Source: an uncultured Armatimonadetes bacterium
GTDB lineage: Bacteria; Armatimonadota; Hebobacteria; Hebobacterales; Hebobacteraceae
DNA: 64,000 bases
NCBI GenBank assembly: GCA_963699135.1
Contig: OY969415.1
Coordinates: forward strand, 3,833,577-3,897,576
Direction of reading: 5' to 3'
Within the stretch, counting starts at the first letter, position 1. The number at the start of each line of letters is the position of its first letter. Under the pieces are notes generated by a model. That model had not been told where the DNA came from and did not search any database. It worked only from the letters and a program-made list of their open reading frames with translations. Shown here piece by piece: positions 29,590 through 39,798 of this stretch. A program made the position numbers and the translations under genes.

Positions 29590-31671
29590 ATGCGTCTTGA
29601 CATGCGAGCTGGCCTACTCTTGGTAGCGCTGATGCTGGCCTCTTTCCCCGTAGTATCCTGGTGCGATACACCGCCGCGGGACGCTCTGCAGCCGTGGAAC
29701 CCCAGTCTGTCGTCACAGGGCCAGCCGGGCTATGACGCCCGACTCGATGAGCCGGTGAAGTTCTGGCAGCCTGGCATCACGCTGGCCGAGGTGTTTGCCA
29801 GCATCAGGCAGCAGACCGGCGTAACTCTGGGCTTCTTCCCCGCGGACGACGAGAACCAGCGAGTGCGCGTGCACCTGTTCCTGAACCCCGGTGAGCCTCC
29901 GTCACTCCGCAGCCTCCTGGTGCAGCTCGCGTGGGTGACTGACTGCTCGTTCTCCGAGGCCGAGCAGGATGGGCAGATAGCCTACTATCTCATGGCGACC
30001 AGCATCGCGCGAGGCGCCGACGAGGGGTTGAAGGCGCGCGAGGTGCAGGCGCATACGGAGGTGGCTCAGACGCAGCGGGCAGTCCTGGACAAGCTGGCGG
30101 AACTGCGGGAGGCGTTGGAGCTTCCGCGAGAAGAGGCGATCGCCCGCTATCAGGGCAAGGATGATCGCATGCTGCTCGGCCTGCTCGATCCACCCCACCG
30201 GGCAGCGGCGCAGATCGCGGTGCTGCGCCTCCTGCCCTGGGTCGGCACGCTGCAGATGGAGCCGGATGAGCCGCCGATCTACCGCGGGTATGGCCTCGGG
30301 TACACCGCCGGGGCGATGACGCCGGAGGAGCAGGCCGCCTGGGTCACGGCGTTCGGCATTGACCCGAATGGGATGGAGTTCCAGAACGACAAGGTGTGCT
30401 TCGGCGCTGGCGTGATGTCGGCAGGTTCCGCGGAAGTGTCATGCCCGACGCTCTTGACCGCGACCGGGGGAGTCGAGAACGCGGGAGTGTATCCAACCGA
30501 TCGCTACACGGTTCTCGACCTCGGCCGGGAAGCCGCCCTCGCCCCGGAGGAGCAGATCACGCTGCGGCGCGAGCTCGGCGAGCAGATCAGCCAGGCGGAC
30601 GAGAAGACGTTCGTGGATCAGCGAAAGAAGGAGCTGGCAGTCGCGGCCGAGGTCGCGCAGGTGGAGGCCTCCGGCGCGGCGCTAACCTCCCAGTTCTCCA
30701 ACGCACTGGCGGGAGCAGCGCTGGTGCTAGAGCCAGGGAAGACCTACCAGGCATGGCAGATCGAGGAGGCGGTGGCACGGGCAACCGGCCTTAGCGTGGT
30801 GTCTGACGGCCTGCTCTACGCCTCCGCGGCTGCGGCCCCGTCGGGACAGGCCCGCGTCTTGGCAACGCTGGAGGCGCTCTGCTCGATACCGTCCCGAGAC
30901 TTCATGCACTCTCCTGAGTGGGAGTGGGGAGACGTAGGGAGCTTCCTGCGCTTCCGCACCTCGAATCGTGATGTCTGGCGGGCGGCCATGCTGCTGCAGG
31001 CGACGGTCGACTGGCTAGACGTCGAGGTCCGCCCCTTCCTCCCGAAGCCGGAAGAGAGCGCGAAGTCCGTGGGGTTCACCCTCACCATCGATCCCGAGCA
31101 GTGGACGCGACAGTTCGCCCGCCTGAGCGATCTCCAGATGCGGTACGGCGCGCGCGTGCTGCATGGGGATCCACGCGATCCGGCCGAAGTTGCGCGGCAC
31201 GCGACCTGGGAGTTGGCTTCCCAGTACGTGCAGGCCGGCATGCTGCTGCTGCGCTTCCTGGGCGACATGGACAGCGCCCAGTGGGAGCTTGCCCGCGCCG
31301 GCACGCTTCGCTTCCCCGAGGACGTGACGCCGGACCAGGGAAGAGCGCTGGCGCAGGCACTCGCCGAGAACGTGTTGGTCCCGCCCGCGGCCAATGACTA
31401 TCCGCACATTCGCATCTCACTCGACGAGGCCGAACTGCGCCAGTACCCGAAAACCGGAGCCAGTCTGGTATTCTGGACCTACTCATCGGCGGGCAAGGGC
31501 GAGGGCGGTGGGAGTTACGACGTCTTGGTAGGGGCCCCGCCGAAGGCCTGCTATCGAATAAAGCTATCAGCCAGCCCAACGGAGGGGGCATCGGCGGAAG
31601 ATGCCCGCCGCTTCGAGAAGCAGGTTACGTTTCTGCCCAAGACGCTCACTGTGGAGGCGCAGATCCCCTAG
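29590..31671 (+). CDS. Secreted hypothetical protein (693 aa)
   Basis: N-terminal signal peptide MRLDMRAGLLLVALMLASFPVVSWC. I recognised no known domain. Confidence 0.55.
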   Translation: MRLDMRAGLLLVALMLASFPVVSWCDTPPRDALQPWNPSLSSQGQPGYDARLDEPVKFWQPGITLAEVFASIRQQTGVTLGFFPADDENQRVRVHLFLNPGEPPSLRSLLVQLAWVTDCSFSEAEQDGQIAYYLMATSIARGADEGLKAREVQAHTEVAQTQRAVLDKLAELREALELPREEAIARYQGKDDRMLLGLLDPPHRAAAQIAVLRLLPWVGTLQMEPDEPPIYRGYGLGYTAGAMTPEEQAAWVTAFGIDPNGMEFQNDKVCFGAGVMSAGSAEVSCPTLLTATGGVENAGVYPTDRYTVLDLGREAALAPEEQITLRRELGEQISQADEKTFVDQRKKELAVAAEVAQVEASGAALTSQFSNALAGAALVLEPGKTYQAWQIEEAVARATGLSVVSDGLLYASAAAAPSGQARVLATLEALCSIPSRDFMHSPEWEWGDVGSFLRFRTSNRDVWRAAMLLQATVDWLDVEVRPFLPKPEESAKSVGFTLTIDPEQWTRQFARLSDLQMRYGARVLHGDPRDPAEVARHATWELASQYVQAGMLLLRFLGDMDSAQWELARAGTLRFPEDVTPDQGRALAQALAENVLVPPAANDYPHIRISLDEAELRQYPKTGASLVFWTYSSAGKGEGGGSYDVLVGAPPKACYRIKLSASPTEGASAEDARRFEKQVTFLPKTLTVEAQIP

Positions 31672-31689
31672 TAGGCGTTGGGCGTCGCA

Positions 31690-31925
31690 TGGTCCGGGGG
31701 CGGACGCGAGGAACGAACACCGAGATTGCCACAGGGCGGCGACTCTGTCGCTGCCCCTCGCAATGACAGTGGGGGAGGGAGTGGCAGGACCGAGGTCCTG
31801 CCGAACGGGGGAAGGGGAGAGGCACGCCGGGGGCGGACGCGAGGAACGAACACCGAGATTCCCGCTAGAGGCGGGCAAGGCCACGGGGCGGCGACTCTGT
31901 CGCTGCCCCTCGCAATGACAGTGGT
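31690..31925. repeat. Composite repeat (module F + family A, twice), + orientation
   Basis: GGCGGACGCGAGGAACGAACACCGAGATTGCCAC...GCAATGACAGTG occurs twice, separated by GGGAGTGGCAGGACCGAGGTCCTGCCGAACGGG. Confidence 0.8.
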
Positions 31926-32060
31926 GGGGGGGGCAGGAGGCGGGCGGCTGCTCTCTGCGGGGCTCCTGCGAAGCTTACGAGAATGTGGAATAAGCGGTTG
32001 TGGTGCGGCGGTTCCACACCGGCACTTCACCTTTTGCACTTGTAGAAGTGGAGTCTTTCC

Positions 32061-33434
32061 ATGGCAGTAAGCCGCAATTCCAAGCCAGCACAGCAGAAAA
32101 AGGGGATACCGCGAGGAGCGATCGCGGCTGGTCTGCGCTGTCTGGTGTTGGTGACAGTGTTTGCGCTGACGCGCCTGCAGGGGGCGGCGCATTCCCATCT
32201 GTTCGAGATCGCGGTGGCGGCGGGGGCGGTGTATGTGATGGTGACGACGTTCGTGCCCCTGAGCCGGCGCGATCCGCGACGGGCGGCGATGCTGACGCAG
32301 GCGATCGATGTGGCGCTGATCACGCTGCTGGTCTACGCGGACTCGGGTGTGACCAGCAACTACTACCTGCTCTATTTCGTGCCCATCCTGGTGGCCGGGG
32401 CGAAAGCGGACTTCCGAGACGCGATCGTGGCGGCGGGGCTGTCGGCCGCGGGCTATCTGGTAGTGGGCGCGCTGCAAGGCCCGACGGCGGTCGTGACCAC
32501 AAGCGCGATGTCGCGGGCGCTCTCGTTCGGCATCCCGATGGGCATGATGGCGATCTTCTTCGCGATTCTGGTGAACGAGCAGCAGAAGCATGCACGGCTG
32601 GCCCAGCAGTATGACGACGCGATGCGGGCGAAGGCCGATTTCCTGTCGAAGGTGTCGCACGAGTTCCGGACGCCGCTGACGGCGATCGTGGGGTTCAGCC
32701 AGTTGCTCTACGAGCATAGCGGTACGCTGGATCCGAAGCGGCAGAAGGAGTACCTCGTCATCGTGCGAGAGCAGTCGCAGCACCTGGCGCGCATGATCGA
32801 GGATATCCTCGACCTGACCAAGATCGAGGAGGGCCGGCTGAAGCTGAAGCGGGAAGCGATGCAGGTGTCGGATGTGATCGAGACGGCGCTGATGCTGCTG
32901 GACCACCCGGAGGATCGCGAGCGGGTCGCGCTCTCGGTGGAGCCGCGGACGCGGGCGGTGTACGCCGATCGCAGCGAGATCGAGCAAGTGATGGCGCGGC
33001 TGCTGCACACCGCGTTCAAGCTGTCGGAAGTCGGGGCGTCGGTGCCGGTGCGGATCGGCCCGGCGGTCGAGGAAGATACGATACAGGTCAGCATACACCT
33101 CACGCCGCTGGACGAGTGTGAGGAGACGCTGGCGCCGTTGACCGAGAGCGCCGAGAAGATGGTGGCGCGGAAGTCCAACGGGAAGAGTCTTGGCCTCGCG
33201 GTGGCCAGGGCGCTGATCGAACTGCATGGCGGTCGTATCTGGGTGGAGGAGAGCTATGATACCGGCGTAGCTCTCACGTTCGTGCTCCCGGTGTGCCAAC
33301 CAAAGGAGATCGGGCCAGAGGTGATTGTGGGTTTGACCATCGGGTCCGAGGCGGCAGGAGCGGAGGCTCATGGCGAGGATAATGATCGTGGACGACGACC
33401 CGTTCGCGCGGAGGCTCATGCGGGACAGCCTTGA
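32061..33434 (+). CDS. Sensor histidine kinase (multi-TM N-terminal domain, HisKA + HATPase_c)
   Basis: FLSKVSHEFRTPLTAIVGF (H-box). The C-terminal GKSLGLAVARALIELHGGRIWVEES (G2-box region) follows four or five N-terminal TM helices. Confidence 0.8.
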   Translation: MAVSRNSKPAQQKKGIPRGAIAAGLRCLVLVTVFALTRLQGAAHSHLFEIAVAAGAVYVMVTTFVPLSRRDPRRAAMLTQAIDVALITLLVYADSGVTSNYYLLYFVPILVAGAKADFRDAIVAAGLSAAGYLVVGALQGPTAVVTTSAMSRALSFGIPMGMMAIFFAILVNEQQKHARLAQQYDDAMRAKADFLSKVSHEFRTPLTAIVGFSQLLYEHSGTLDPKRQKEYLVIVREQSQHLARMIEDILDLTKIEEGRLKLKREAMQVSDVIETALMLLDHPEDRERVALSVEPRTRAVYADRSEIEQVMARLLHTAFKLSEVGASVPVRIGPAVEEDTIQVSIHLTPLDECEETLAPLTESAEKMVARKSNGKSLGLAVARALIELHGGRIWVEESYDTGVALTFVLPVCQPKEIGPEVIVGLTIGSEAAGAEAHGEDNDRGRRPVRAEAHAGQP

Positions 33435-33753
33435 TCTGTCGGGTGAGCACTATCAGGTCTTCGATATGGATCGAGGTAAGCTCGCGCTGGAGCTGATCGC
33501 GGTGGAACGGCCGGACGTCGTGCTGCTCGATATCAGCATGCCCGAGATCGGCGGGATCCCGGTGTGCACGGAGATCAAGCGGAACCCGGCGACGACGGAG
33601 GTGAGGATCATCATCGTGAGCGCGCACTGCGGGAGTGACTTCATCGCGGAATGCTTGAGCGCGGGCGCGGATGATTATGTCACGAAGCCGTTCCAGCCGG
33701 ATGAGCTGGCGCGACGCGTGAGGAAGGTGCTGGCCGAGGCGGTGATGGCGTAG
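33370..33753 (+). CDS. Single-domain response regulator (CheY-like receiver)
   Basis: RIMIVDDDP...DVVLLDISMPEIGG...IIIVSAH...KPF (receiver-domain motifs D-D-K). It overlaps the kinase 3' end. Confidence 0.85.
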   Translation: MARIMIVDDDPFARRLMRDSLDLSGEHYQVFDMDRGKLALELIAVERPDVVLLDISMPEIGGIPVCTEIKRNPATTEVRIIIVSAHCGSDFIAECLSAGADDYVTKPFQPDELARRVRKVLAEAVMA

Positions 33754-33759
33754 GGGGTA

Positions 33760-34390
33760 TCCACCGCAGAGACGCAGAGGGAATGGCAAGGCGCGATCCC
33801 CGCCGGAGGCGGGCAAGTTTCGCTGTGCTCAGGATGAGAGCAACGGCGGAACGGCAACGGCAGTAACCGCAGATTGCGCACCCTCCTCACGGCCGGCGGG
33901 CAGGGATTGCGCAGATTAGGCCCGCCTACCGGCGGGCGAACGGCAACGACGAAGCACCGCGGGGCAGCGACTGTGTCGCTGCCCTTCGCAATGGCAACGG
34001 GAGGAGGGAGGGCGTGATGAATCACGCCCCTACGGGAGGGGCTTCGGCAGTAGAACTACCGAAGCAACGGGAAACCCCCTCACCGGCTCTTAGCGTCCTG
34101 GCGAGAGCATTGGGTGGCAGCGGCGGGAGGGAGTGGCAGGAGGCAAGCTCCTGCCCAACGGGGAGACGGCGGGATTGCCACGCGCGCCTCGGCTCCAGTC
34201 GGAGCCGAGGCGACTCGCAATGACAGTGAGGGAGGAAGTGGCAGGACCGAGGTCCTGCCGAACGGGAGGAGGGAGGGCGTGATGAATCACGCCCCTACGG
34301 GAGGGGCTTCGGCAGTAGAACTACCGAAGCAACGGGAACGGCGAGATTGCCACGGGGCGGCAACGGCCGCCCCTCGCAATGACGGCAGGA
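33760..34390. repeat. Longest composite mosaic repeat array, about 630 bp (modules C, D, A-variants, B-tail, F, G x2)
   Basis: Non-coding. It contains two copies of GGGCGTGATGAATCACGCCCCTACGGGAGGGGCTTCGGCAGTAGAACTACCGAAGCAACGGGAA (module G), the hairpin GCCTCGGCTCCAGTCGGAGCCGAGGC, and two family-A hairpins. Confidence 0.8.
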
Positions 34391-34480
34391 GGTCGGCGTT
34401 GACACCCCTTATCGGCTGACTTAGAATGCACGCGGGCGTCGCGGTGCTGGCGGCGCGGATTTCACGTACGGGGGAGTGCG

Positions 34481-34927
34481 GTGCCTGATGTGCATTCCGA
34501 GGTGGTGATCGATTCGCCGCCGCCGTCTGTGTATGCGCTGGCGAAGGACGTGGAGGGGTTGCCGGAGTTCCTGCCCAACGTGCAGAGCGTGGCCATCCGG
34601 GAGCGGGATGGCTCCCGCACGGTGAGCGAGTGGGTGGGGCTGGTGCCGGAGTTCAGGCGGACCATCAAGTGGGTGGAAGAAGATGTCTGGGACGATGGCG
34701 CGATGCGTTGCCAGTTCCGCTCTCTGTCCGGGGATTGGGACCGCTATGAGGGGTTCTGGACATTTGCGGCGGAGGGAGCGGGCACACGAGTGACGCTGGG
34801 CATCAGCTATGACTACAATGTGCCGCTGATCGGTCCGCTGATCCAGAAGCTGCTGCAGAAGCTGGTGCAGCGCAATGCAGAGGAGACACTGGACGGGCTG
34901 AGGCGGCGGGTGATGAAGGAAGGCTGA
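34481..34927 (+). CDS. SRPBCC-family protein (polyketide cyclase/dehydrase-like, START/Bet v1 fold)
   Basis: 148 aa. The pattern VVIDSPPPSVYALAKDVEGLPEFLPNV...TRVTLGISYDY is typical of SRPBCC ligand-binding proteins. Confidence 0.65.
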   Translation: MPDVHSEVVIDSPPPSVYALAKDVEGLPEFLPNVQSVAIRERDGSRTVSEWVGLVPEFRRTIKWVEEDVWDDGAMRCQFRSLSGDWDRYEGFWTFAAEGAGTRVTLGISYDYNVPLIGPLIQKLLQKLVQRNAEETLDGLRRRVMKEG

Positions 34928-34928
34928 G

Positions 34929-36308
34929 TTGGCGGAACCGAAGGAAATCGCAATCATAGGGGCGGGTCCGGCCGGGATCTTCGCGGCGCTGGCGCTATCA
35001 GGGGTCGAGGGGACGCGGGTGCGCGTCTTCGACAAGGGCCCGGACATCGACGAGCGGCTGGCGAACCGGGAGGCGGAGAAGGGGGAGCGCGATCCGAAGT
35101 GGATGCTCTGCGGGTGGGGCGGGGCGGGCGCGTTCTCGGATGGCAAGCTGACGCTCTCGACAGAGATCGGCGGGCAACTCACCACCTATCTGCCGCGGCC
35201 GCAGGTGGAGGCGCTGCTGGACGAGGTCGACCGGATGTGGCTGAGGTTCGGGGCGCCGGAGCAGTTGTACGGCGCGGATGAGGAGGCGATGGCCGGGTTG
35301 GCGCACCGCGCCACGGCGGCGGACCTGGAGTTCATCGGCACTCGCATCCGCCACCTGGGAACGGATCGGTGCCCGGTAGTGCTGCAGGAGATGCGACGTT
35401 CGCTGGGCGGGAACGTGGAGGTCCATGCGCGGGAGGCGGTCGAGCGGGTGATGGTGGAAGACGGCGCGGTGGCGGGGGTGGAGACATCGGAGGGCAAGAA
35501 GTACCGAGCCGATTTCGTGATCGCGGCTCCGGGTCGCGAGGGCTCCGAGTGGTTCATGAAGGAGGCGGCGCGACTGGGCCTGGAGCGCGCGGACAACCCG
35601 GTGGATGTGGGGGTGCGGGTGGAGGTGGCGGCGGAGACGCTGGCGGAGATCACGAGCGTGGCCTATGAGTCGAAGCTGATCTTCTACTCGCGCAGCTTCG
35701 ATGACAAGGTGCGCACGTTCTGCATGTGCCCGTATGGGGAAGTGGTGACGGAGCAGTCGGATCACGTGGTGACGGTGAACGGGCACAGTTACGCGCACAA
35801 GCGGACACCGAATACGAACTTCGCGCTGCTGGTGAGCACTCGCTTCACGGAACCGTTCCACGATCCCATCGCCTACGGCCGGTATCTGGCGCGGCTGGCG
35901 AACCTGATCAGCAACGGGGTGATCTGCCAACGCCTGGGCGATCTGCGATTGGGGCGGCGCTCGACGGAGCAGAGGATCGCGCGGGGGCTGGTGCGGCCCA
36001 CGTTGGAGTCGGCGACGCCGGGCGATCTGAGCTTCGTGCTGCCGCACCGGCATCTGACAGGGATACTGGAAGCATTCGACGCGCTGGATCGCTTTGTGCC
36101 CGGGCTCGGATCGCGTCACACGCTGCTCTATGGGATCGAGATCAAGCTCTACTCGGCGCGGCCGCGGCTGAGCGATGCGCTGGAGACGAAGGTGGGGAAT
36201 CTGTTCGCGGTGGGCGATGGGGCGGGGGTGACGAGGGGGTTGCTACAGGCGAGCGCGAGCGGGTTCCATGCGGGGCAAGAGGTGTGCCGCCGGATCGGGT
36301 CCGGCTAG
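34929..36308 (+). CDS. FAD-dependent oxidoreductase (COG2509-type, NAD(P)/FAD-binding)
   Basis: IAIIGAGPAGIFAALAL (GxGxxG) ... FAVGDGAGVTRGLLQASASG (C-terminal FAD motif). The start is a TTG. Confidence 0.8.
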   Translation: MAEPKEIAIIGAGPAGIFAALALSGVEGTRVRVFDKGPDIDERLANREAEKGERDPKWMLCGWGGAGAFSDGKLTLSTEIGGQLTTYLPRPQVEALLDEVDRMWLRFGAPEQLYGADEEAMAGLAHRATAADLEFIGTRIRHLGTDRCPVVLQEMRRSLGGNVEVHAREAVERVMVEDGAVAGVETSEGKKYRADFVIAAPGREGSEWFMKEAARLGLERADNPVDVGVRVEVAAETLAEITSVAYESKLIFYSRSFDDKVRTFCMCPYGEVVTEQSDHVVTVNGHSYAHKRTPNTNFALLVSTRFTEPFHDPIAYGRYLARLANLISNGVICQRLGDLRLGRRSTEQRIARGLVRPTLESATPGDLSFVLPHRHLTGILEAFDALDRFVPGLGSRHTLLYGIEIKLYSARPRLSDALETKVGNLFAVGDGAGVTRGLLQASASGFHAGQEVCRRIGSG

Positions 36309-36319
36309 CGTCGCGGGTT

Positions 36320-37141
36320 TCACTTGGCCGGGAGGGGAATCCCGGCGGCGGCGAGGTCCGGCTGCATGGCGGCGCTGCGCACGAAGCCGATGAAGTCCTG
36401 CGCGAGAGCGGTTCTGGGGCTGCCTTTGCAGATGCCCATCTGCATGCTGGCCGGCCGCTCGTTCGGATAGCTGATGGACGGCCCCAGCGTAATCATGGCG
36501 GCGTCCGCCCGGCCCGGCAGTTTCAGCAGCAGACAGGGGTCATAGATCACACCCGCCGAGGCCTCGCCCTTGGCGATCGCGCTGAGGGCTTCGCTTCCAC
36601 TCCGCTGTAGTTCCAACTTGTGCTGCGCGTTGGCCCAGAGGCCCAGGCGCTCGAGCGCATGCTTGGCTTCAGTGCCGAGGGAGGTGACGCCGGCGAGGGG
36701 CATGACGATGGACTTGATGGAGTCGGAGGCGAGGTCTTCGGGCCTGCTGATGGGGGGATTGGAGGCGGGGCTGGCGATGGTCAGGGTGAAGCGACCGACA
36801 CTGCGCCGCATGGAAGCGTCCATGCGGCCGTCGCGCTCCAACATGCCGAACTCGGATTCCCCAAGGCAGATGAAGAGGTCAGGCGTCGCTCCGCCCTCGA
36901 TCTTCTGCACGAGGGCGGCGGGCTCTCCGCCTTCGACCTTCAGCTTCTTGCCGGGGTTGGCGGCAGCGAACTTGGCGCCGGCGGACTCGATCACGGGGAC
37001 GAGGGCGCAGGCGACATAGGCGGTGAGGGTATCGGGGTCGCCGGACGCGGCAGATGGAGCCGGCTTCCTGGCGCGCGAGCAACCGACCGCCAGTACCAGC
37101 ACTCCCAACAGGAGCGGTGTCAGTCTTTTCAGGTTCAGCAT
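36320..37141 (-). CDS. Periplasmic substrate-binding protein, molybdate/tungstate ModA-like (PBP2 fold)
   Basis: Signal peptide and lipobox MLNLKRLTPLLLGVLVLAVGCS, then an SBP-like body. The track ORF's N-terminal extension is rejected because it overlaps tRNA-Pro. No permease or ATPase partner is adjacent. Confidence 0.6.
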   Translation of the reverse strand: MLNLKRLTPLLLGVLVLAVGCSRARKPAPSAASGDPDTLTAYVACALVPVIESAGAKFAAANPGKKLKVEGGEPAALVQKIEGGATPDLFICLGESEFGMLERDGRMDASMRRSVGRFTLTIASPASNPPISRPEDLASDSIKSIVMPLAGVTSLGTEAKHALERLGLWANAQHKLELQRSGSEALSAIAKGEASAGVIYDPCLLLKLPGRADAAMITLGPSISYPNERPASMQMGICKGSPRTALAQDFIGFVRSAAMQPDLAAAGIPLPAK

Positions 37142-37242
37142 CACAGCCGCGCCTCGGCCCTCGCTTGGCGCTAGGGAGGGCGAACAGAACGTCCCATCCG
37201 TCGCCTGGGATGGGAGCAAGTCTGCACCCTCACGATGCGAAG

Positions 37243-37317
37243 TCGGGGTGGGCAGATTTGAACTGCCGACCTCACGGTCCCGAACCGTGCGCTCTAGCCA
37301 AGCTGAGCTACACCCCG
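37243..37317 (-). tRNA. tRNA-Pro (anticodon CGG)
   Basis: Minus-strand sequence CGGGGTG TA GCTC AGCTTGGCTA GAGC G CACGG TTCGGGA CCGTG AGGTC GGCAG TTCAAAT CTGCC CACCCCG A gives a perfect cloverleaf. The C1:G72 pair and G37 are typical of tRNA-Pro. Confidence 0.85.
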
Positions 37318-37516
37318 GCACTGAAGCGGCCGCCGCAGGAGGCCGGCGAAGCGCTTCCGACTCCGCATGATAGCATGCGCGGGAGGCATCGTCAACGCGG
37401 GGGAGGAGGGAGGACTGAGAGGGGAAAGGGGAGAGGCGAACGGCAACCAGGCGCCGGCGCGTTGTGGGGCGGCTGGGGGTGTGCTAGAATCGGCGGCGGG
37501 GTCAGGAGGCGCGCGA

Positions 37517-37900
37517 TGGAGTGCCCGAACTGCGGACGGAAGGCGGAGGAGGGGACGAACTTCTGCGCTCATTGCGGGGCTTCGCTGCGCTCGCAGGCGC
37601 TCGATCGCATGATCCAGGACGCGCGCCGGTTGGTGGACGCAAACCCCGAGGAACGCTTCCGCGCGCTTCAACCTGGCCCTGGCCTGCAAGTTGGGCGGGC
37701 TCGATGAGCTGGCGCGGGAGGAGTTCGGGCGGGTGGCGGCGATGCAGCCTGACTATGGGGACGCATACTATGAGATGGGGGCGCTGTACGCGAAGGCGGG
37801 TCAGTTGGAGGAGGCGCGGGCGGCGCTGCGGCGCGCGCTGGAGGTGGAACCGGGTCACGCGAAGGCGGCGCGGTTGCTGGAGCGGTTGGAGGGGAGGTAG
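37517..37900 (+). CDS. Zinc-ribbon + TPR protein, one frameshift near 37665 (paralog of 24188..25246)
   Basis: MECPNCGRKAEEGTNFCAHCG... in track frame 37054..37707. The TPR part (...LGGLDELAREEFGRVAAMQPDYGDAYYEMGALYAKAGQLEEA...) continues in frame 37691..37900. Confidence 0.5.
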
Positions 37901-37904
37901 GCGG

Positions 37905-38297
37905 AAATCATCATCCGCAGATGGCGCAGATTACGCGGATTGGTGCCCGCTGACGCGGGCGGAACGGCATTCACCGCAGAGGCGCCCGCCTACGCCAAGG
38001 TCGCCTGAGGCGACTGAAGCTTCGGCGGGCGGGCTCCGGGCGCGGAGAAGGTAAGCCGCCTTCGGCGGAGGGAACGACGAGATTGCCACGGGGCGGCAAC
38101 GGCCGCCCCTCGCAATGGCAGGCAGGGACGTAGTGGCAGGAGCAAGTCGCCGGAGACGACCAAGGCTTCTGCCAAACGGGAGGAGGGCGCAATGAATTGC
38201 GCCCCTACAGGCTGGGGGAGAGGCGCGTTGGGCGCGGGAGCAGATACCGAGATTGCCACGGGGCAGCGCCTGTGTCGCTGCCCCTCGCAATGACATC
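37905..38297. repeat. Composite mosaic repeat array (modules C/D, G-variant, two family-A hairpins)
   Basis: ATCATCCGCAGATGGCGCAGATTACGCGGATTGG..., GGCGCAATGAATTGCGCC, and GAGATTGCCACGGGGCGGCAACGGCCGCCCCTCGCAATGGCAG. Confidence 0.75.
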
Positions 38298-38307
38298 TTG
38301 GGGCAGG

Positions 38308-39446
38308 TCAGGACGGGATGGCTTGTTTGAGCAGTTCGAGGGTTTCGGGCTCGTTGACGGGGCGGGGGTTGGTCTTGACGGCTCCGGCGAGGAGGCCGTC
38401 TTTGGCGAGTTTGGGTAGGTGGTTGGAGGGGATGTCGAGTCCGGCGAGGCCGAGGGGGACGTGGAGGTCCCGCATCAGTGATTCGACGGCCTCGGCGGCG
38501 TCATCGGCGGTGGCAGTGGGACGGCCGGTGAGGGCCTGGCCGACGCGGGCGAGCTTGGCGTGCGCGTGGGTGTCGTTGTAGCGCATGACGGCGGGCAGCA
38601 TGCGGCCGCAGGCTTCGCCATGGGGAACGGCGTAGCGGGCGCCGATAGGGTGGGCGAGCCCGTGCACGAGCCCCAGGCCGGCGTTGGCGAAGGCCATTCC
38701 CGCGGTCATGGAGGCGAAGGCCATGCCTTCGCGGGCCGGCCGGTCGGCGCCGTCGGCGAATGCCTGGCGCAGGTGGATGCCAACGAGTTCGATGGACTGT
38801 AGAGCCAGCCCCTCGCTGGGCGCGGTGGCGCCGGTGGAGAGGTAGGATTCGGTGGCGTGGGTGAGGGCGTCTAACCCGGTGGCGGCGGTGATAGCCGGAG
38901 GCAGGCTGACGGTCAGTTCGGGGTCGGTGATGGCAACCCGGGCGAACCAGTAGGGGCTCCGCATTCCCATCTTGATCTCCCTCTCGTCGTCCATCAGCAC
39001 GGCGACGGAGGTGATCTCGCTGGCGGTGCCGGAGGTGGTGGCGATGTTGATGAGAGGGAGGCCGGGGCGGTCGATGGCCTTGCCGCGCAGGTAGTCGAGG
39101 ATGGAGCCCTCCAGGACGGCCGTGGCGGCGATAGCGCGAGCGGCGTCCATGGGACTGCCCCCGCCCAGGCCGATGAGCAGGTCGCAGCTCTCGGTCCGCG
39201 CGATGTTGGCGGCGCGGTCAACGGTTCTGGTGCTGGGGTCGGACTCGACCTCGTCGAACAGCACGACGCTGACGCCGGCGGCGGAGAGCAGCTTGGTGAC
39301 CCGGTCGGCGATGCCAGATCGCTTCATGGCGGACCGGCCGGTGACCAGCAGGGCGTGCCGGCCGAGCTTGGCCGCCTCTTCGCCAACCTTCTCAACCGCG
39401 CCCCACCCGAAGTGGGTTACGCCGGGAAGCCTGAATTCGTATGGCA
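38308..39446 (-). CDS. Iron-containing alcohol dehydrogenase (Fe-ADH family)
   Basis: GVTHFGWGAV...LLIGLGGGSPMDAARAIA... and a conserved His cluster (HGLAHPIGARYAVPHG). GTG start preceded by AAGGAGTG. Confidence 0.85.
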
Positions 39447-39524
39447 CGATGTCACTCCTTGGAGGGGAACAGCCAGGGAAGGAGGTTCTGCTTGGGGGCG
39501 GGTGGGTCCTGGCGGTGGGGGGGG

Positions 39525-39780
39525 GAGGAACGGCAACGGCGATCATCCGCAGATGGCGCAGAGGACGCAGAGGGATGGCGGTACGGCTGGCACCCATTGC
39601 CCGGCACGATTGTGCCGGGCAGAAGTCCGCTGGGGGCGACTGGCCGTTCGTCCCCCAGACCCCCTCACCGGCTTCTGGCGTCCTGGCGAAAGCACGGGGT
39701 GGCAGCGGGGGAAAACGAAGCCACGGACGGTGACAAACACCGAGATCACCACGGGGCGGTGACGGAGCCGCACGACGCGA
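39525..39780. repeat. Composite repeat (module C + family B + degenerate A), + orientation
   Basis: GGAACGGCAACGGCGATCATCCGCAGATGGCGCAGAGGACGCAGAGGG, then TTGCCCGGCACGATTGTGCCGGGCAG.... Confidence 0.8.
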
Positions 39781-39798
39781 TGGCCGTGAAGTACAACG

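Noticed and set aside
31668-33419. 583-aa minus-strand ORF
   Set aside because: Antisense to the sensor histidine kinase, which shows H-box and ATPase motifs on the plus strand.
34998-36119. 373-aa minus-strand ORF
   Set aside because: Antisense to the FAD-dependent oxidoreductase gene (GxGxxG on plus strand).
37142-37321. N-terminal extension of track ORF 36320..37321
   Set aside because: Overlaps tRNA-Pro (37243..37317) on the same strand. Signal peptide and lipobox begin at the internal Met (37141).
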